Numbered from the stretch's first letter, positions 48,304-59,366 are shown. The stretch is DNA of 64,000 nt from an uncultured Candidatus Saccharibacteria bacterium (GCA_964481135.1 CAYZSW010000002.1:29283-93282); one strand, 5' to 3'. Notes: a model not told the origin generated them from the letters alone. Made by a program: numbers and translations.

Positions 48304-49001
48304 TTAAATAACTCTATCAAAAACAAACACTTACCAAAATCCCACCCCGCGGGTGGGATTTTGGTGTTAAGTAATATCTACATATTAGTAGGTAAATCAA
48401 TATTGGATTACTAATCCTTAATTCTAAAACTATAATAATTACTGTGTTTTTACACAAGCTTAATTAAAAAATTAATATTTATTAGATAACCATATAAATA
48501 TATTATTTACGAACGCGTTTTGAATAAGTTATCCACAGATTCGAACGAAAAATGTATGTTGACAAAAAAACCATATGTTATAAGTTGAAATTGTCTGTAT
48601 GGCAACAACACAAGATTAAACAGTTCTTAGTTCAAAATGAGCTAGGATAACTCAAACAATAATCTTAAGTTATATAGACCAGATAAAAAAATAAAAAATC
48701 CCACTAGATTCATATTGAAGAATCTGTAAGGTAAATTACTTAAAAATGGGATATCGAAAAAACTACTATTTGGATAATAGGAGGGTTTGTTATTGTATCC
48801 AAATAATACAACCAAACCTGTTATATATATTAAGAATTTTAAATAACTAATAAGCTATAAATTAAGTGATAATAAGTTAAACTCTATCTAAAACAAAAAT
48901 AAAATCTTAAACAAAAACATAGTAAAATAAATTATTTCTTAATAATATTTTACTATATTTTTTCAACTCAAATTAAATATTAAATAACTAAAAGGAAAAT
49001 T

Positions 49002-51956
49002 ATGATTTTTCTTAAATCAAAGAAATTCTCTAATTGGGTTATTTCTTTTCTAGTTGGACTACTTGTACTGCAAACCTCAATGATCACTGCCTTTCTAAAT
49101 CCAACAAAAGCAAAGGCGGCCTCAGCAAATATTACTCAAATCAATTTTACGACTCCAGAAAGAACTGTAAATCAAAATACTGCTTCTGAAGTATTAACAA
49201 CTCAAACACAAGACGCAGACGGCAATTTAACCAAAGTATCTTCAACAAAAATATTAATGCTTGAATCCAGTTCTGCCACAGGTGAATTTTCATCAAATGC
49301 AAATACTTGGTCTACTACAACAGAACTTCAAATGAATTCAGAAACTGCTAATAAAAATTTTTACTATAAAGACTCAAATCCAGGCACACATACATTAACT
49401 GTCACAGTAAAAGATAAAACAACCGGTGAATTAGAATCTTGGACACCCGCAACACAAACTATTACAATTATTACTCCAGAACCTTCTCCCTCCCCAACAC
49501 CATCTGAATCACCAGAACCATCGCCTTCACCAACACCGTCTGAATCCCCAGAACCAGATACACAAGGACCAGTGCTTAAAAATGTTGGATTTACTGCAAA
49601 TGGATCAGTAATGCCTGGTTCATTAGAAGGTGGATTTATTTTAAATGCAGACGGCAACCATTCAACAACCTACAACATCCAATTCACTGATACAACGACA
49701 ACTAGCAAACAATTAAAAGACGAACACTTCCCGTTAACACTCGTGAATAAATCTGTTGATACTCAAACACTTCTTGATTATTACGATGCAAATTATTCTG
49801 ACCCATGGAAAACTTATTTAAAAGATGCTGCACAAGGCAATGAACCCTTTGCATATATTTACGAAGGTTCAGTTAAGCTCGCAGACGGCGCTGTTTATTC
49901 ATTAACAGGAACAAATTCGGATATGCGCATACCTGGCGACTATCCAGAAGGATATTATGTAGTTTCCGGTGATATTGCCGACTCCGATGGCAACACCACA
50001 ACAGTTACCTTTAAGCTAATTGTAGATTCGTCAAAGCCAACAGTTGATATAGACCTCGACCAAAATCAATACAATGAAAATAACTTTCCTCAGCCAATAA
50101 CTGGCGATGCACAAGATGTAAGCGGAATAACCAAAGTTCAAGTAAAAATTAAAGATACTACAGCAAGTCCAGCAGTTTTTTGGAACGGATCTGCTTGGGT
50201 TACAGAATCAAACACATGGAATGATGCAACATTAGGAAATTCTTGGTCTTATCAATTTGACCCGGTTAATCTTACTTATGGTAGAAAATACGAAGTAAAA
50301 GCTCGCGCATACGACTCTTTAAATAAAGTTTCTGATGTTAAAACCAAATCATTTAATTTCGTAGATGACATTGCTCCTGTTATTACTCTTCTTGATGACA
50401 ATCCTCAAACTATTGAAGTTGGTAGTGAATATGTAGAATTAGGTGCAACTGCAGAAGATAATTACGATGGCGATATAACAGCAAACATTGATATTGACGC
50501 AAGTAATGTCGATGTTACTACACTTGGCACTTATCAAGTTGTTTACACAGTTACTGACTCAAGTGGTAATACTACAACTGAAACAAGAACTGTAAATGTC
50601 GAAGATAATGAATTACCTACTGGAACTATTACGATTAACAATGGTGCTAAAGTAACTAACAATCAAAAAGTAACTTTAGATTTTACATATAATGATGCAC
50701 ACCAAATGAGATATGGAACTCACGAATTTTCTATTGAAGATACAACAACATGGCAAGATGTAATAAACACCGCTGACTTTGACCTACCCGCAACAGGCGT
50801 TAATACAGTTTATGTTCAATACAAAGATATAGTAGGCAATGTTTCCCCAAATTATTCAGCATCAATTTACTACAATGAACTTGCTGAGAATATTAAGCTT
50901 GAAGATGTTGACAGTTCAACCACTTCTTTGACTTATGAAAATATCGAGATTAGCAATCCAAATGGAATTGCAAAAGAAGCACAAAACACAACTATTACTT
51001 TTGCACAATACACTGGGAATCCGGAAGGCAATTTCAGTGGAATTTCTGCTTTTGGAAAATTCTTTGATATCTCTGTTTTAGACAAAGACGCAATTAATTG
51101 GCCTATTATTATTAGAGTATGGTTTACTCAAGAAGATTTAGACAAAATTAATGCTACTATAGATCAAATCAAAGGATTATATTTTTGGAATGGAACTAGT
51201 TGGGAATTATATCCAAATACCTACAGAGTTGATAAGGTTCATGGTGAATACATCGGCTATGTAGAAGCACTGGTAGATCACTTTACACCAATGAGTTTAG
51301 CGGCCGACATTACAGCACCAGAAAAACCTACTAATTTTAAAGCCGAGTCACTAGATTCAAAAATTAAACTAACTTGGGATAAAGTAAATGACGCAATTTA
51401 TTATCGCGTAAGATACCGACCAGTTACCTCAAACGATACAAGCGAAGAATATTTATATTTAGATGCTCATAGCACAGAAATCGAAATTACAAATCTAGAA
51501 AATGGAAAAATGTATGAATTTGGCGTTCAAGCTGTAGATGATGTTGAAAACACAAGTGACTATGTAGTTGTAAATGCAACTCCAACAAAAGAAGAAGTAA
51601 AAGTTGCAACTGGCGTAATTGCACCAACAAAAAGAGCACGAACATATTTAGGTTGGGGTGTAGCAACTGCTCAAACTTCTGAAACACAGGATACTGATAA
51701 AGAAAAAGAAGATGAGAAAAAAGATGAAACGGAAATCGAAACAATTTCTCCAGACGGAAAAGTTGAAGGCGCAGATGATGAAACAGATACTCAGGAAAGT
51801 TCTCGGGCAGTAGTTACTATTGCAATCTTAATTATCGCGGCAGGAGCAGGCCTTGGCGGATATTACGGCTATCAATGGTGGCTTGAAAAGGAAACTCCAG
51901 AGGCTACCGTAACTACAAAGAAACCAGGCAAAAAAGACAAAGGCGGTCGTTGGTAA
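49002..51956 (+). CDS. Large membrane-anchored surface protein (Ig-like/DUF5011-like and FN3 domains, Pro/Ser linker)
   Basis: Signal peptide, PEPSPSPTPSES x2, APVITL...GATA.DNYDGD, FN3-like segment, C-terminal TM plus basic tail. Confidence 0.85.
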   Translation: MIFLKSKKFSNWVISFLVGLLVLQTSMITAFLNPTKAKAASANITQINFTTPERTVNQNTASEVLTTQTQDADGNLTKVSSTKILMLESSSATGEFSSNANTWSTTTELQMNSETANKNFYYKDSNPGTHTLTVTVKDKTTGELESWTPATQTITIITPEPSPSPTPSESPEPSPSPTPSESPEPDTQGPVLKNVGFTANGSVMPGSLEGGFILNADGNHSTTYNIQFTDTTTTSKQLKDEHFPLTLVNKSVDTQTLLDYYDANYSDPWKTYLKDAAQGNEPFAYIYEGSVKLADGAVYSLTGTNSDMRIPGDYPEGYYVVSGDIADSDGNTTTVTFKLIVDSSKPTVDIDLDQNQYNENNFPQPITGDAQDVSGITKVQVKIKDTTASPAVFWNGSAWVTESNTWNDATLGNSWSYQFDPVNLTYGRKYEVKARAYDSLNKVSDVKTKSFNFVDDIAPVITLLDDNPQTIEVGSEYVELGATAEDNYDGDITANIDIDASNVDVTTLGTYQVVYTVTDSSGNTTTETRTVNVEDNELPTGTITINNGAKVTNNQKVTLDFTYNDAHQMRYGTHEFSIEDTTTWQDVINTADFDLPATGVNTVYVQYKDIVGNVSPNYSASIYYNELAENIKLEDVDSSTTSLTYENIEISNPNGIAKEAQNTTITFAQYTGNPEGNFSGISAFGKFFDISVLDKDAINWPIIIRVWFTQEDLDKINATIDQIKGLYFWNGTSWELYPNTYRVDKVHGEYIGYVEALVDHFTPMSLAADITAPEKPTNFKAESLDSKIKLTWDKVNDAIYYRVRYRPVTSNDTSEEYLYLDAHSTEIEITNLENGKMYEFGVQAVDDVENTSDYVVVNATPTKEEVKVATGVIAPTKRARTYLGWGVATAQTSETQDTDKEKEDEKKDETEIETISPDGKVEGADDETDTQESSRAVVTIAILIIAAGAGLGGYYGYQWWLEKETPEATVTTKKPGKKDKGGRW

Positions 51957-52018
51957 AATTAGTTAACGCTAGATATCGATAGATATACTAATTATCAAGA
52001 ACTAGTAAGTACAAACCA

Positions 52019-52048
52019 CAAAAAATCTCCCAACTTGGGAGATTTTTT
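52019..52048 (+). terminator. Intrinsic terminator
   Basis: aaaaatctccca-act-tgggagatttttt. Confidence 0.8.
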
Positions 52049-52193
52049 GTTTTTAGCATTCTTTGCGCTAATATGAATTTCCCTGTAACCCTTGTAACAA
52101 AACCGCGGTTCTTCCCCCGACCTTTCTCTGCAAACAGGTATAAACTGGCAAAGAGTGATAAGTATTTATTTGAGTTATGTTATAATATATTTG

Positions 52194-52601
52194 ATGAATA
52201 AACTAAAACAAGTGGCAAAAACTATTGGTTCAAAAATAGTTACAATTTTAATTGTAATTCTTATTTTTTTCATTATATACAATATATATAAGTCAATTAA
52301 ACAAAATTATGAGGTTAATCAGAAAATTAATTTTTTAGAAAAAGAAATTGAAGATGTCAAAAAACAAAACTATCATCTACAAAACTTAATTTTGTATTAT
52401 AACACCGATAGCTTCAAGGAACTTGAGCTTCGCAGAAAACTTGCTTTAAAAAAACAAGGCGAAACTATGGTTTTAGTACCTGAAAATAAAGGTCAAAAAA
52501 CCGATGAAGAAAAAACGCAATCCATTGAATCAAACGAAGAAAATAACCAATCCCTAACACCAAATTATGTTTTATGGTGGAGATATATTATTGGTAATTA
52601 A
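52194..52601 (+). CDS. Septum formation initiator (FtsB/DivIC family)
   Basis: One TM, coiled coil, E..R.KL.L...GE motif. Confidence 0.8.
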   Translation: MNKLKQVAKTIGSKIVTILIVILIFFIIYNIYKSIKQNYEVNQKINFLEKEIEDVKKQNYHLQNLILYYNTDSFKELELRRKLALKKQGETMVLVPENKGQKTDEEKTQSIESNEENNQSLTPNYVLWWRYIIGN

Positions 52602-52892
52602 TTGGGAATAAGCTATGTTTAGGGTTAGGATATTAGTTTGGTTTAAAGATTAAGTTATTGGTATTTTAATATTAACCTAACCTAATTATCTATACTGGTT
52701 GCTTTGCTCCTACCCTTGAACCTTCTAAAATCAATTAGCTAAATTAGAATAATGAAGATGTGTTATTTATTTTAAAACCTTGCCAATCACTTCTCTTTTT
52801 GCTATAGTAATTAAGATAGAAAATCATGTTTTATATACTTTCCTAAATTTAATATTTAGGATATATTTGTTAATTGTTAATTGTCATTATAT

Positions 52893-52966
52893 CGCGGGGT
52901 AGAGTAGTAGCAACTCGGAGGTCTCATAAGCCTCAGGCCTGGGTGCAATTCCCAGCCCCGCTACCA
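52893..52966 (+). tRNA. tRNA-Met(CAT), probably initiator
   Basis: CGCGGGG acceptor with unpaired 1:72; ctCATaa loop; CCA encoded; non-canonical TGCAATT T-loop. Confidence 0.88.
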
Positions 52967-53042
52967 GGCTGAGTAGCTCAGTGGTTAGAGCAACGGCATC
53001 ATAAGCCGGAGGTCGAAGGTTCAAATCCCTCCTCAGCCACCA
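52967..53042 (+). tRNA. tRNA-Met(CAT), probably elongator
   Basis: GGCTGAG/CTCAGCC acceptor, atCATaa loop, GGTTCAAATCC, CCA encoded. Confidence 0.9.
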
Positions 53043-53273
53043 TTCGTTGCGTGTTCGAGCAAAGCTCTCCACGCGCCTCATGACAAGCCACTTCCAATAA
53101 TGCATAAATTTTATTTTTAGTAATAGCAACGAATGTCCTGAAGTAAAATTGAGATCTTTGATCAAAAATTTTACGAAGAGCAATATCAGTTAACTAATAT
53201 TAATATTTTTATTTGTATTTTCGTAACAATTTACTCGCCTTGTCGCCAACACAGGTAAATTAGTAGGACAAAA

Positions 53274-55064
53274 ATGAATAAATCAAATTTAACAACCAAT
53301 ATTATTTATATAATTATTTTAGTTTTTTTAGGTATATCCGTTTATACTTATTTTAATTTTGATTCAAATCAACAAGAAGAAGGTACGATTTCTCAAATCG
53401 CCTACGAGGTTAAACAAAACAACATTTCTAAAATTGAAGTAGATGGCAACAAAGTAGTTGCAAAATATAAAAATAATGATAATGAAATTAAAGCATATAA
53501 AGAAAATTCGGTTGGATTACATGATTATGGCATTATTCCAGAAAAAGTAGAAATCGATGTTAAGGATGATTCTCGTAATGCAATCTGGGGAACTATTCTT
53601 TCAATATTACTTCCTTTTGTTTTAATTGCTGGTCTATTATATTTTATGCTAAAACAAGCTCAAGGTGGCAATATGAAAGCCATGTCTTTTGGAAAAACCT
53701 CTGCTCGACTTTTTACAGGAAAAAAGAAAATAACCTTTAATGATGTTGCTGGTCTTAAAGAATCTAAAGAAGAATTAGAAGAAGTAGTTGATTTTTTAAA
53801 AAATCCAAAAAAATATAAAAAACTAGGAGCTGATATTCCAAAAGGGACCTTGCTTGTCGGGCCTCCTGGGTGCGGTAAAACACTTTTAGCAAAAGCAGTT
53901 GCTGGTGAAGCAGGAGTACCATTTTATTCTCTTTCAGCATCAGAATTTGTAGAAATGTTTGTAGGTGTAGGTGCATCTCGAGTAAGAGATTTATTTAAAA
54001 AAGCAAAAAGAAATGCTCCAGCACTTATTTTTGTTGACGAGCTTGATGCAGTAGGCAGACAAAGAGGAACCGGACTAGGTGGATCACACGACGAAAGGGA
54101 ACAAACTTTAAACCAAATCTTAGTAGAAATGGATGGTTTTGAAACAGAAGAAAATGTTATTGTGATCGCTGCTACCAACAGACCAGATGTACTAGATCCT
54201 GCACTTTTAAGACCAGGAAGATTTGACAGACAAGTTGTTGTTAATCTGCCAGATAAGAAAGAACGAGAAGAAATATTAAACATACACGGCAAAAATAAAC
54301 CTCTCGATAAAGATATTAATTTTGAAAAAATTGCAGCATCAACCGCAGGACTTTCTGGTGCTGATTTAAGAAATATTGTTAATGAAGCTGCAATACTAGC
54401 TGCTAAAAAAGACAGCAACAAAGTAACTCAATTAGATTTACAACATTCTATTGAAAAAGTTCTTCTCGGACCAGAAAAAAAATCCAGAGTATTAAACGAA
54501 AAAGAAAAACAAATCACTGCTTTCCACGAAGCAGGACATGCAATAGTAGGCCATGTTTTGCCAGGTTGTGAAGATGTACATAAAATATCTATTGTATCTC
54601 GTGGAAGAGCACTCGGATATACATGGAGTTTACCAAAAGAAGATATTCATCTTTATTCTAAATCAAAATTCCAAGATCAAATTGCTCAGCTTCTTGCTGG
54701 TCGCGCTGCAGAAAAAATTATTTTTAAGGAAACTACAACAGGCGCTGAAAATGATATGAAAGAAGCATCAAAATTAGCAAGAAATATGGTCACAGTTTAC
54801 GGTATGAGTGACAAAATTGGTCCCCAAACTTTAGGACAAAGAGAAGAATTAGTATTTTTAGGTCGCGAACTCGGAGAACACAAAAACTATTCTGAAAAAG
54901 TTGCTTCTATTATTGATGATGAAATAACAAAAATCATTCGCGATGCAGAAAAAAAAGCAGAAGAAATTTTAGCAAATAAAAAAATAACTTTAGATAAAGT
55001 TGCTCACAAATTATTAAAAGATGAAACTATAGATGAAAAAACATTTAGCAAAATGCTAAATTAA
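53274..55064 (+). CDS. ftsH: ATP-dependent zinc metalloprotease FtsH
   Basis: Two TMs, [11 protein letters not shown] motif, HEAGH. Confidence 0.98.
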   Translation: MNKSNLTTNIIYIIILVFLGISVYTYFNFDSNQQEEGTISQIAYEVKQNNISKIEVDGNKVVAKYKNNDNEIKAYKENSVGLHDYGIIPEKVEIDVKDDSRNAIWGTILSILLPFVLIAGLLYFMLKQAQGGNMKAMSFGKTSARLFTGKKKITFNDVAGLKESKEELEEVVDFLKNPKKYKKLGADIPKGTLLVGPPGCGKTLLAKAVAGEAGVPFYSLSASEFVEMFVGVGASRVRDLFKKAKRNAPALIFVDELDAVGRQRGTGLGGSHDEREQTLNQILVEMDGFETEENVIVIAATNRPDVLDPALLRPGRFDRQVVVNLPDKKEREEILNIHGKNKPLDKDINFEKIAASTAGLSGADLRNIVNEAAILAAKKDSNKVTQLDLQHSIEKVLLGPEKKSRVLNEKEKQITAFHEAGHAIVGHVLPGCEDVHKISIVSRGRALGYTWSLPKEDIHLYSKSKFQDQIAQLLAGRAAEKIIFKETTTGAENDMKEASKLARNMVTVYGMSDKIGPQTLGQREELVFLGRELGEHKNYSEKVASIIDDEITKIIRDAEKKAEEILANKKITLDKVAHKLLKDETIDEKTFSKMLN

Positions 55065-55120
55065 TCTTTAGTAATTTTTCTAAGCTCTAAAACTTAGATT
55101 GCTTACCCGCTAAGGCCTAA

Positions 55121-55210
55121 GCTGGGAAACTAGGATTCGAACCAAGATTGACAGATTTAGAGTCCGCTGTCCCTGCCTCATCGGCAGGTCGCCGACGAGA
55201 CGACTACTAT
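55121..55210 (-). pseudogene. Degenerate tRNA-Gln copy interrupted in the D arm by a GC-rich hairpin element
   Basis: ggattcgaaccaagattgac.gatt.agagtccg.tgtcc matches the adjacent tRNA-Gln; a ~32-nt insert follows. Confidence 0.7.
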
Positions 55211-55238
55211 CTCAAATATGAATTCATTGATCACACAG

Positions 55239-55309
55239 CTCCGGGACTTGGATTCGAACCAAGATTGACGGATTCAGAGTCCGTTGTCCTACCATTAGAC
55301 GATCCCGGA
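55239..55309 (-). tRNA. tRNA-Gln(CTG), CCA not encoded
   Basis: Minus strand TCCGGGA...acgga-ctCTGaa-tccgt...GGTTCGAATCC...TCCCGGA G. Confidence 0.93.
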
Positions 55310-55397
55310 GCTGTGTGATCAATTCTATTTATCATTTTCAATATAATTTTTTATTTTTTAAGCTTCGTAAAATGTATACATATAATGCCGTTTAATC

Positions 55398-55456
55398 ATG
55401 TCCTCATCTCCTCGGTGAGTTGCCGAAGAGGCAACTACCATTGGACGGTCTGGCAA
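55398..55456 (-). pseudogene. tRNA-Gln-like 5' fragment interrupted at the same D-arm site
   Basis: Plus strand tgtcc[tcatctcctcggtgagttgccgaagaggcaac]taccattggacg versus intact tgtcc-taccattagacg. Confidence 0.6.
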
Positions 55457-55524
55457 CAATTAAAATCACCCATAATTATAGGTGATTTTTGATTTATTGT
55501 AAACAAACATGATTAAATTTAATA

Positions 55525-57237
55525 CTAAATTTCCTTTACACTTTTTAATGAATTATAAATCTTTTTCTGATGGCTTAGTAAGTTGTTTAAATGCTTATCT
55601 TTCTCTTCATCAAACTTTCTTTGATCAAAACCATACTTTGCAATAAGTCCAGAGGTATATCTACTGCCAAGAAAATGTGGCGTAATAACATAATCAGCTT
55701 TTTGATCGTAGTATTTAACTGCTTCTTCAGAATTGTGAGCAATCACGATTAAGATTATTTTTTTATTAATTTTCTTAATTTTTGAAATAAGGGCTGTATT
55801 AACTTCGTAATCTGGGATTGTTGAAATGACCATTTTTGTTTGGTTTAAATGAAGATTTTCTAGGACTTCTTGATCCTCTGCATCTGCATATAAACTATTA
55901 AAACCTTCTAGTTCCAAATTTTTAATTACTTCAGGATTATAATCAATTACTAAATACTTAATTTTATTTTTTACTGCTGTGTGTAAAAAATCTATTCCTA
56001 ACCTGTTACAACCAAAAATAACTAAATCGTGTTTATTGTCTTTTTTCGAAATTTCACTCCTAACATGTTTTTTTTCAAAAATTTTAATAATTGGTTCACA
56101 TAATAAATATAGTTTTTCTGAATAAATCATAGCATAAGTTGAAAAAGTAATGGTAATAATTGCAACTAAAGTAACAAGAGGTAAAATCGAACTATCAATA
56201 TGCCCTACTCTTATACCAAGAATAATTAAAATTAATGAAAATTCCGAGATTTGTGCTACAGTTAATCCTGCCAAAAATGCGTTTTTGGCAGTATATTTTA
56301 ACTGTGTCATTAAAATTATTACAATTAATGGATTGCCAATTAGCACAAACAAAGAAAAATAAATTGCTGGCATAATTACTTGAGAGATACCATTTACTGC
56401 CAATTGCGAACCAAGCAAAATAAAAAATAAAATAATAAAGAAATCTCTTAAACTTTTCATCTTACTACTAACTTCAAGCTGATATTTGGAGCTCGCCAAG
56501 GCAACACCACCAATTAATGCACCTATTTCAATAGAAAAACCAATTTTGTAAAATAGTGTTGAAATAGCCAAGCCCCAAGCAATTGTAAATAAGAAAAGAA
56601 GTTCTTGCGACTTAGCAAAATAATCTAGCAATCTGCTTAAAACATAAATACTAAATAACATAATTAGTGCGGTCAAAATTATTCCATAGAAAATTGTAGT
56701 AATAATATTTGCGCCAACATTAATATGACTTTGGGCACTAGAAGAAATAATCATAAGCATTATAACTGCCACAACATCCTGCACAAGCAAAAAACCAATT
56801 GCAATTTTTCCATATAACTTATTAATTGCTTTTTTATCAGATAAAATTTTTAAAATAATAATCGTACTTGAAAAAGTTAAAGCAATACTAATATAAACTG
56901 CACTAATAATATCAAAACCCATATATCTACAAATTAAAAAACCAATTAGTGAAGTAAAAATAATTTGCCCTAGGCCAGTTACAAGCGATACCTTACCAAC
57001 CTCTTTAAATATTTTTGGCGTCAAACTAAGACCTATAATAAATAACAAAAATGTAATACCTACCTGGGAAAGCATTTCTACTGTTTGTTTAACCTCAAAA
57101 TTATTTTTTAAAATTGTACCCACCAATAAACCGGCAATAATATATCCGATTATAAGTGGCTGTTTAATTTTATAAATAATCCCGGCAATTACCGCTGCAA
57201 TTATTATAATAATACTAAAATCTATGTATTGATTCAT
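55525..57237 (-). CDS. CPA2 cation:proton antiporter with a TrkA-N domain
   Basis: QP.IIGYI.AG, FSSTIII.K, LVQD, QISEFS, G.NRLG Rossmann-like C-terminus. Confidence 0.92.
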   Translation of the reverse strand: MNQYIDFSIIIIIAAVIAGIIYKIKQPLIIGYIIAGLLVGTILKNNFEVKQTVEMLSQVGITFLLFIIGLSLTPKIFKEVGKVSLVTGLGQIIFTSLIGFLICRYMGFDIISAVYISIALTFSSTIIILKILSDKKAINKLYGKIAIGFLLVQDVVAVIMLMIISSSAQSHINVGANIITTIFYGIILTALIMLFSIYVLSRLLDYFAKSQELLFLFTIAWGLAISTLFYKIGFSIEIGALIGGVALASSKYQLEVSSKMKSLRDFFIILFFILLGSQLAVNGISQVIMPAIYFSLFVLIGNPLIVIILMTQLKYTAKNAFLAGLTVAQISEFSLILIILGIRVGHIDSSILPLVTLVAIITITFSTYAMIYSEKLYLLCEPIIKIFEKKHVRSEISKKDNKHDLVIFGCNRLGIDFLHTAVKNKIKYLVIDYNPEVIKNLELEGFNSLYADAEDQEVLENLHLNQTKMVISTIPDYEVNTALISKIKKINKKIILIVIAHNSEEAVKYYDQKADYVITPHFLGSRYTSGLIAKYGFDQRKFDEEKDKHLNNLLSHQKKIYNSLKSVKEI

Positions 57238-57269
57238 ATTTTCCCTCTTAAAGTTAAAAAAGTAAGTAA

Positions 57270-57881
57270 TTATTTTGGTTTAGCATAAATAACCAGCCGT
57301 TTTTCATCAGAACCTATTGGCCAACAAGTAAACAAAGTTAAACGATCTTCCTCTGTCTTCTGAATTATTGATACATCGTCTGAGCCAACAATCTGGCTGG
57401 CATAAACTAAATAGACAAATTCTTCTTTTTCTTTATTATTATAAAACACGATCTCATCATTTTCTTCTAATTCTCCCAGCTTGGCAAATACTTGGTTGTA
57501 ATCACCAGGAGCTCCAATTTCTGCGCTTGAATGACCAAAAATCACCATGTTACCTTTTTCACCTGGTTTAGAAGTTTGCTTTAAATGTGCTACACCTTTT
57601 TCTAAAGCTAGAAAATAATCTCTTTCTTTTTCACCAGAAACATCAAAAACTATTGGCACATCAACATTAATTTTACTAATTTTTAAATTTAAATCACTTA
57701 GAAACCCTACCTCATCCGTCTCACCCAAAACTCTTTCTTGCCTTTTAGATAAATTCAAAATAGGCTCATAAGATAAATAGTTTTTCGAAACTTCCAAAAA
57801 ATTGATTGCTAAAAAAATACCTGATATAATAAATATAATAATAAAAAAATATTTGGCTGGATAATATTTAGTTTTTTTCAT
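57270..57881 (-). CDS. Sortase
   Basis: N-terminal TM, GN.VIFGHS, LTLFTC, KRL (His/Cys/Arg triad). Confidence 0.93.
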   Translation of the reverse strand: MKKTKYYPAKYFFIIIFIISGIFLAINFLEVSKNYLSYEPILNLSKRQERVLGETDEVGFLSDLNLKISKINVDVPIVFDVSGEKERDYFLALEKGVAHLKQTSKPGEKGNMVIFGHSSAEIGAPGDYNQVFAKLGELEENDEIVFYNNKEKEEFVYLVYASQIVGSDDVSIIQKTEEDRLTLFTCWPIGSDEKRLVIYAKPK

Positions 57882-57947
57882 ATTATTATCTTAACAAAAA
57901 TCAATATTAAACACCATATATAATTTTAACATCAAATCTGGAGGGGT

Positions 57948-59150
57948 ATGAAAAAATATCTTAATATAAAACATTCAATTGTTATTTTTAGTGTTTTAAT
58001 TTTGTCATTATTTATATTTTTTAGTATAACTTTTGCCACTTCAACTTGGACACAGGTTAATGATAGTGGCTTTGGCGATGCAACCAATGTCGGCACTTAC
58101 CCAATTGCAACTTTTAATAATTATATTTACGCTGGAACTTATAATGGAGCTGGAGGACAAGTCTGGAGAAGTTCAAATGGAACCACCTGGACTCAAACTA
58201 ATGAAAGTGGATTTGGCGACGCAAATAATCTTGCTACTTACTCTGGAATTGAGTTTAATGGTTATTTATATATTGGCACAATAAACGGAACTACAGGAGC
58301 CGAAGTCTGGAAATCAGCCAATGGAGCCAATTGGACACAGGCAAATACAGATGGATTTGGAAGTTCATCTAACGAAGCTATTCTTGCTGCAGAAGCTTTT
58401 AATAATTATCTTTATGTGGCTACATATAACACTGTAACAGGCACGCAGGTTTGGAGAACATCTGATGGAGAAAGCTGGGATCAAGCACAAGACGCCAGTG
58501 GTTTTGGATCTATTAATAATATTTATTGTAACTCATTGTATCAATTTGGAAATTACCTATATGCCTTTACCCAAAATTTTGTAAATGGTACTCAAGTGTG
58601 GCGAACATCTAACGGTCTAAATTGGACACAAGTCAATGAAAATGGGTTTGGTGATGCAGATAATTTTGAATCTTTATCACGAGCCACATTTAATAATGAA
58701 ATGTATGTAGGCACTGGCAATATTAATGGTGGACAACTATACAAAACCACTAACGGAACTACTTGGACACAAATAACTGGAATAGATGTGTTGAAAGTTA
58801 ATAATCAAGTTATCATGCCTATTCAAACTACCAGTAACCATATCTACATTGGTACTGCCAATACAAATGATGGAGGGGAAATATGGATATCCACTAATGG
58901 ATCTAGCTGGACTCAAGATAATAATTCTGGATTTGGAGATACAGATAACATAGCTGCGCTTCCTTACGCAATATTAGGAAACTATATTTATGCAGGAACA
59001 TATAATGGCACCACTGGTGGACAAATTTGGAGAAGTCAAATTCCATCAACCCCTACTCCCACTCCAACCTCAGATACAGAAGATTCAGATTCTTCGAGCG
59101 ATTCAACATCTCTAACAACTCTGCCTCGTACCGGCGCACATGCTAAATAG
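57948..59150 (+). CDS. Secreted beta-propeller repeat protein ending in LPRTG
   Basis: Signal peptide; repeated G.QVWRS.NG..WTQ.N..GFGD..N blades; PTPTPT linker; LPRTGAHAK*. Confidence 0.85.
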   Translation: MKKYLNIKHSIVIFSVLILSLFIFFSITFATSTWTQVNDSGFGDATNVGTYPIATFNNYIYAGTYNGAGGQVWRSSNGTTWTQTNESGFGDANNLATYSGIEFNGYLYIGTINGTTGAEVWKSANGANWTQANTDGFGSSSNEAILAAEAFNNYLYVATYNTVTGTQVWRTSDGESWDQAQDASGFGSINNIYCNSLYQFGNYLYAFTQNFVNGTQVWRTSNGLNWTQVNENGFGDADNFESLSRATFNNEMYVGTGNINGGQLYKTTNGTTWTQITGIDVLKVNNQVIMPIQTTSNHIYIGTANTNDGGEIWISTNGSSWTQDNNSGFGDTDNIAALPYAILGNYIYAGTYNGTTGGQIWRSQIPSTPTPTPTSDTEDSDSSSDSTSLTTLPRTGAHAK

Positions 59151-59366
59151 AAAACTAGAAACTAGACAACTTGAAATTTGTAATAAATAATTAATATACC
59201 AAAAAAGAATGCTTTTAAAAGCATTCTTTTTTACAGCAATGGATTATCCACCTACGCTCTTTATATTTCACATCGAATTATTCATTCGTGTTCCCCGCCT
59301 GTCATGCCTGTAGCAAGGCTCTGACGGGCAGGCATTCAGGATGCTTCGGACGGATTTCGCTTCGCT

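Noticed and set aside
49475-49557. Tandem repeat in the surface protein as part of the heptamer system
   Set aside because: It is a codon-phased Pro/Ser/Thr linker duplication, an ordinary protein-level repeat.
52887-53183. 98-aa minus-strand ORF
   Set aside because: It is the antisense reading of two tRNA genes; the same applies to 44358..44600 over the ferredoxin gene and tRNA-Glu.
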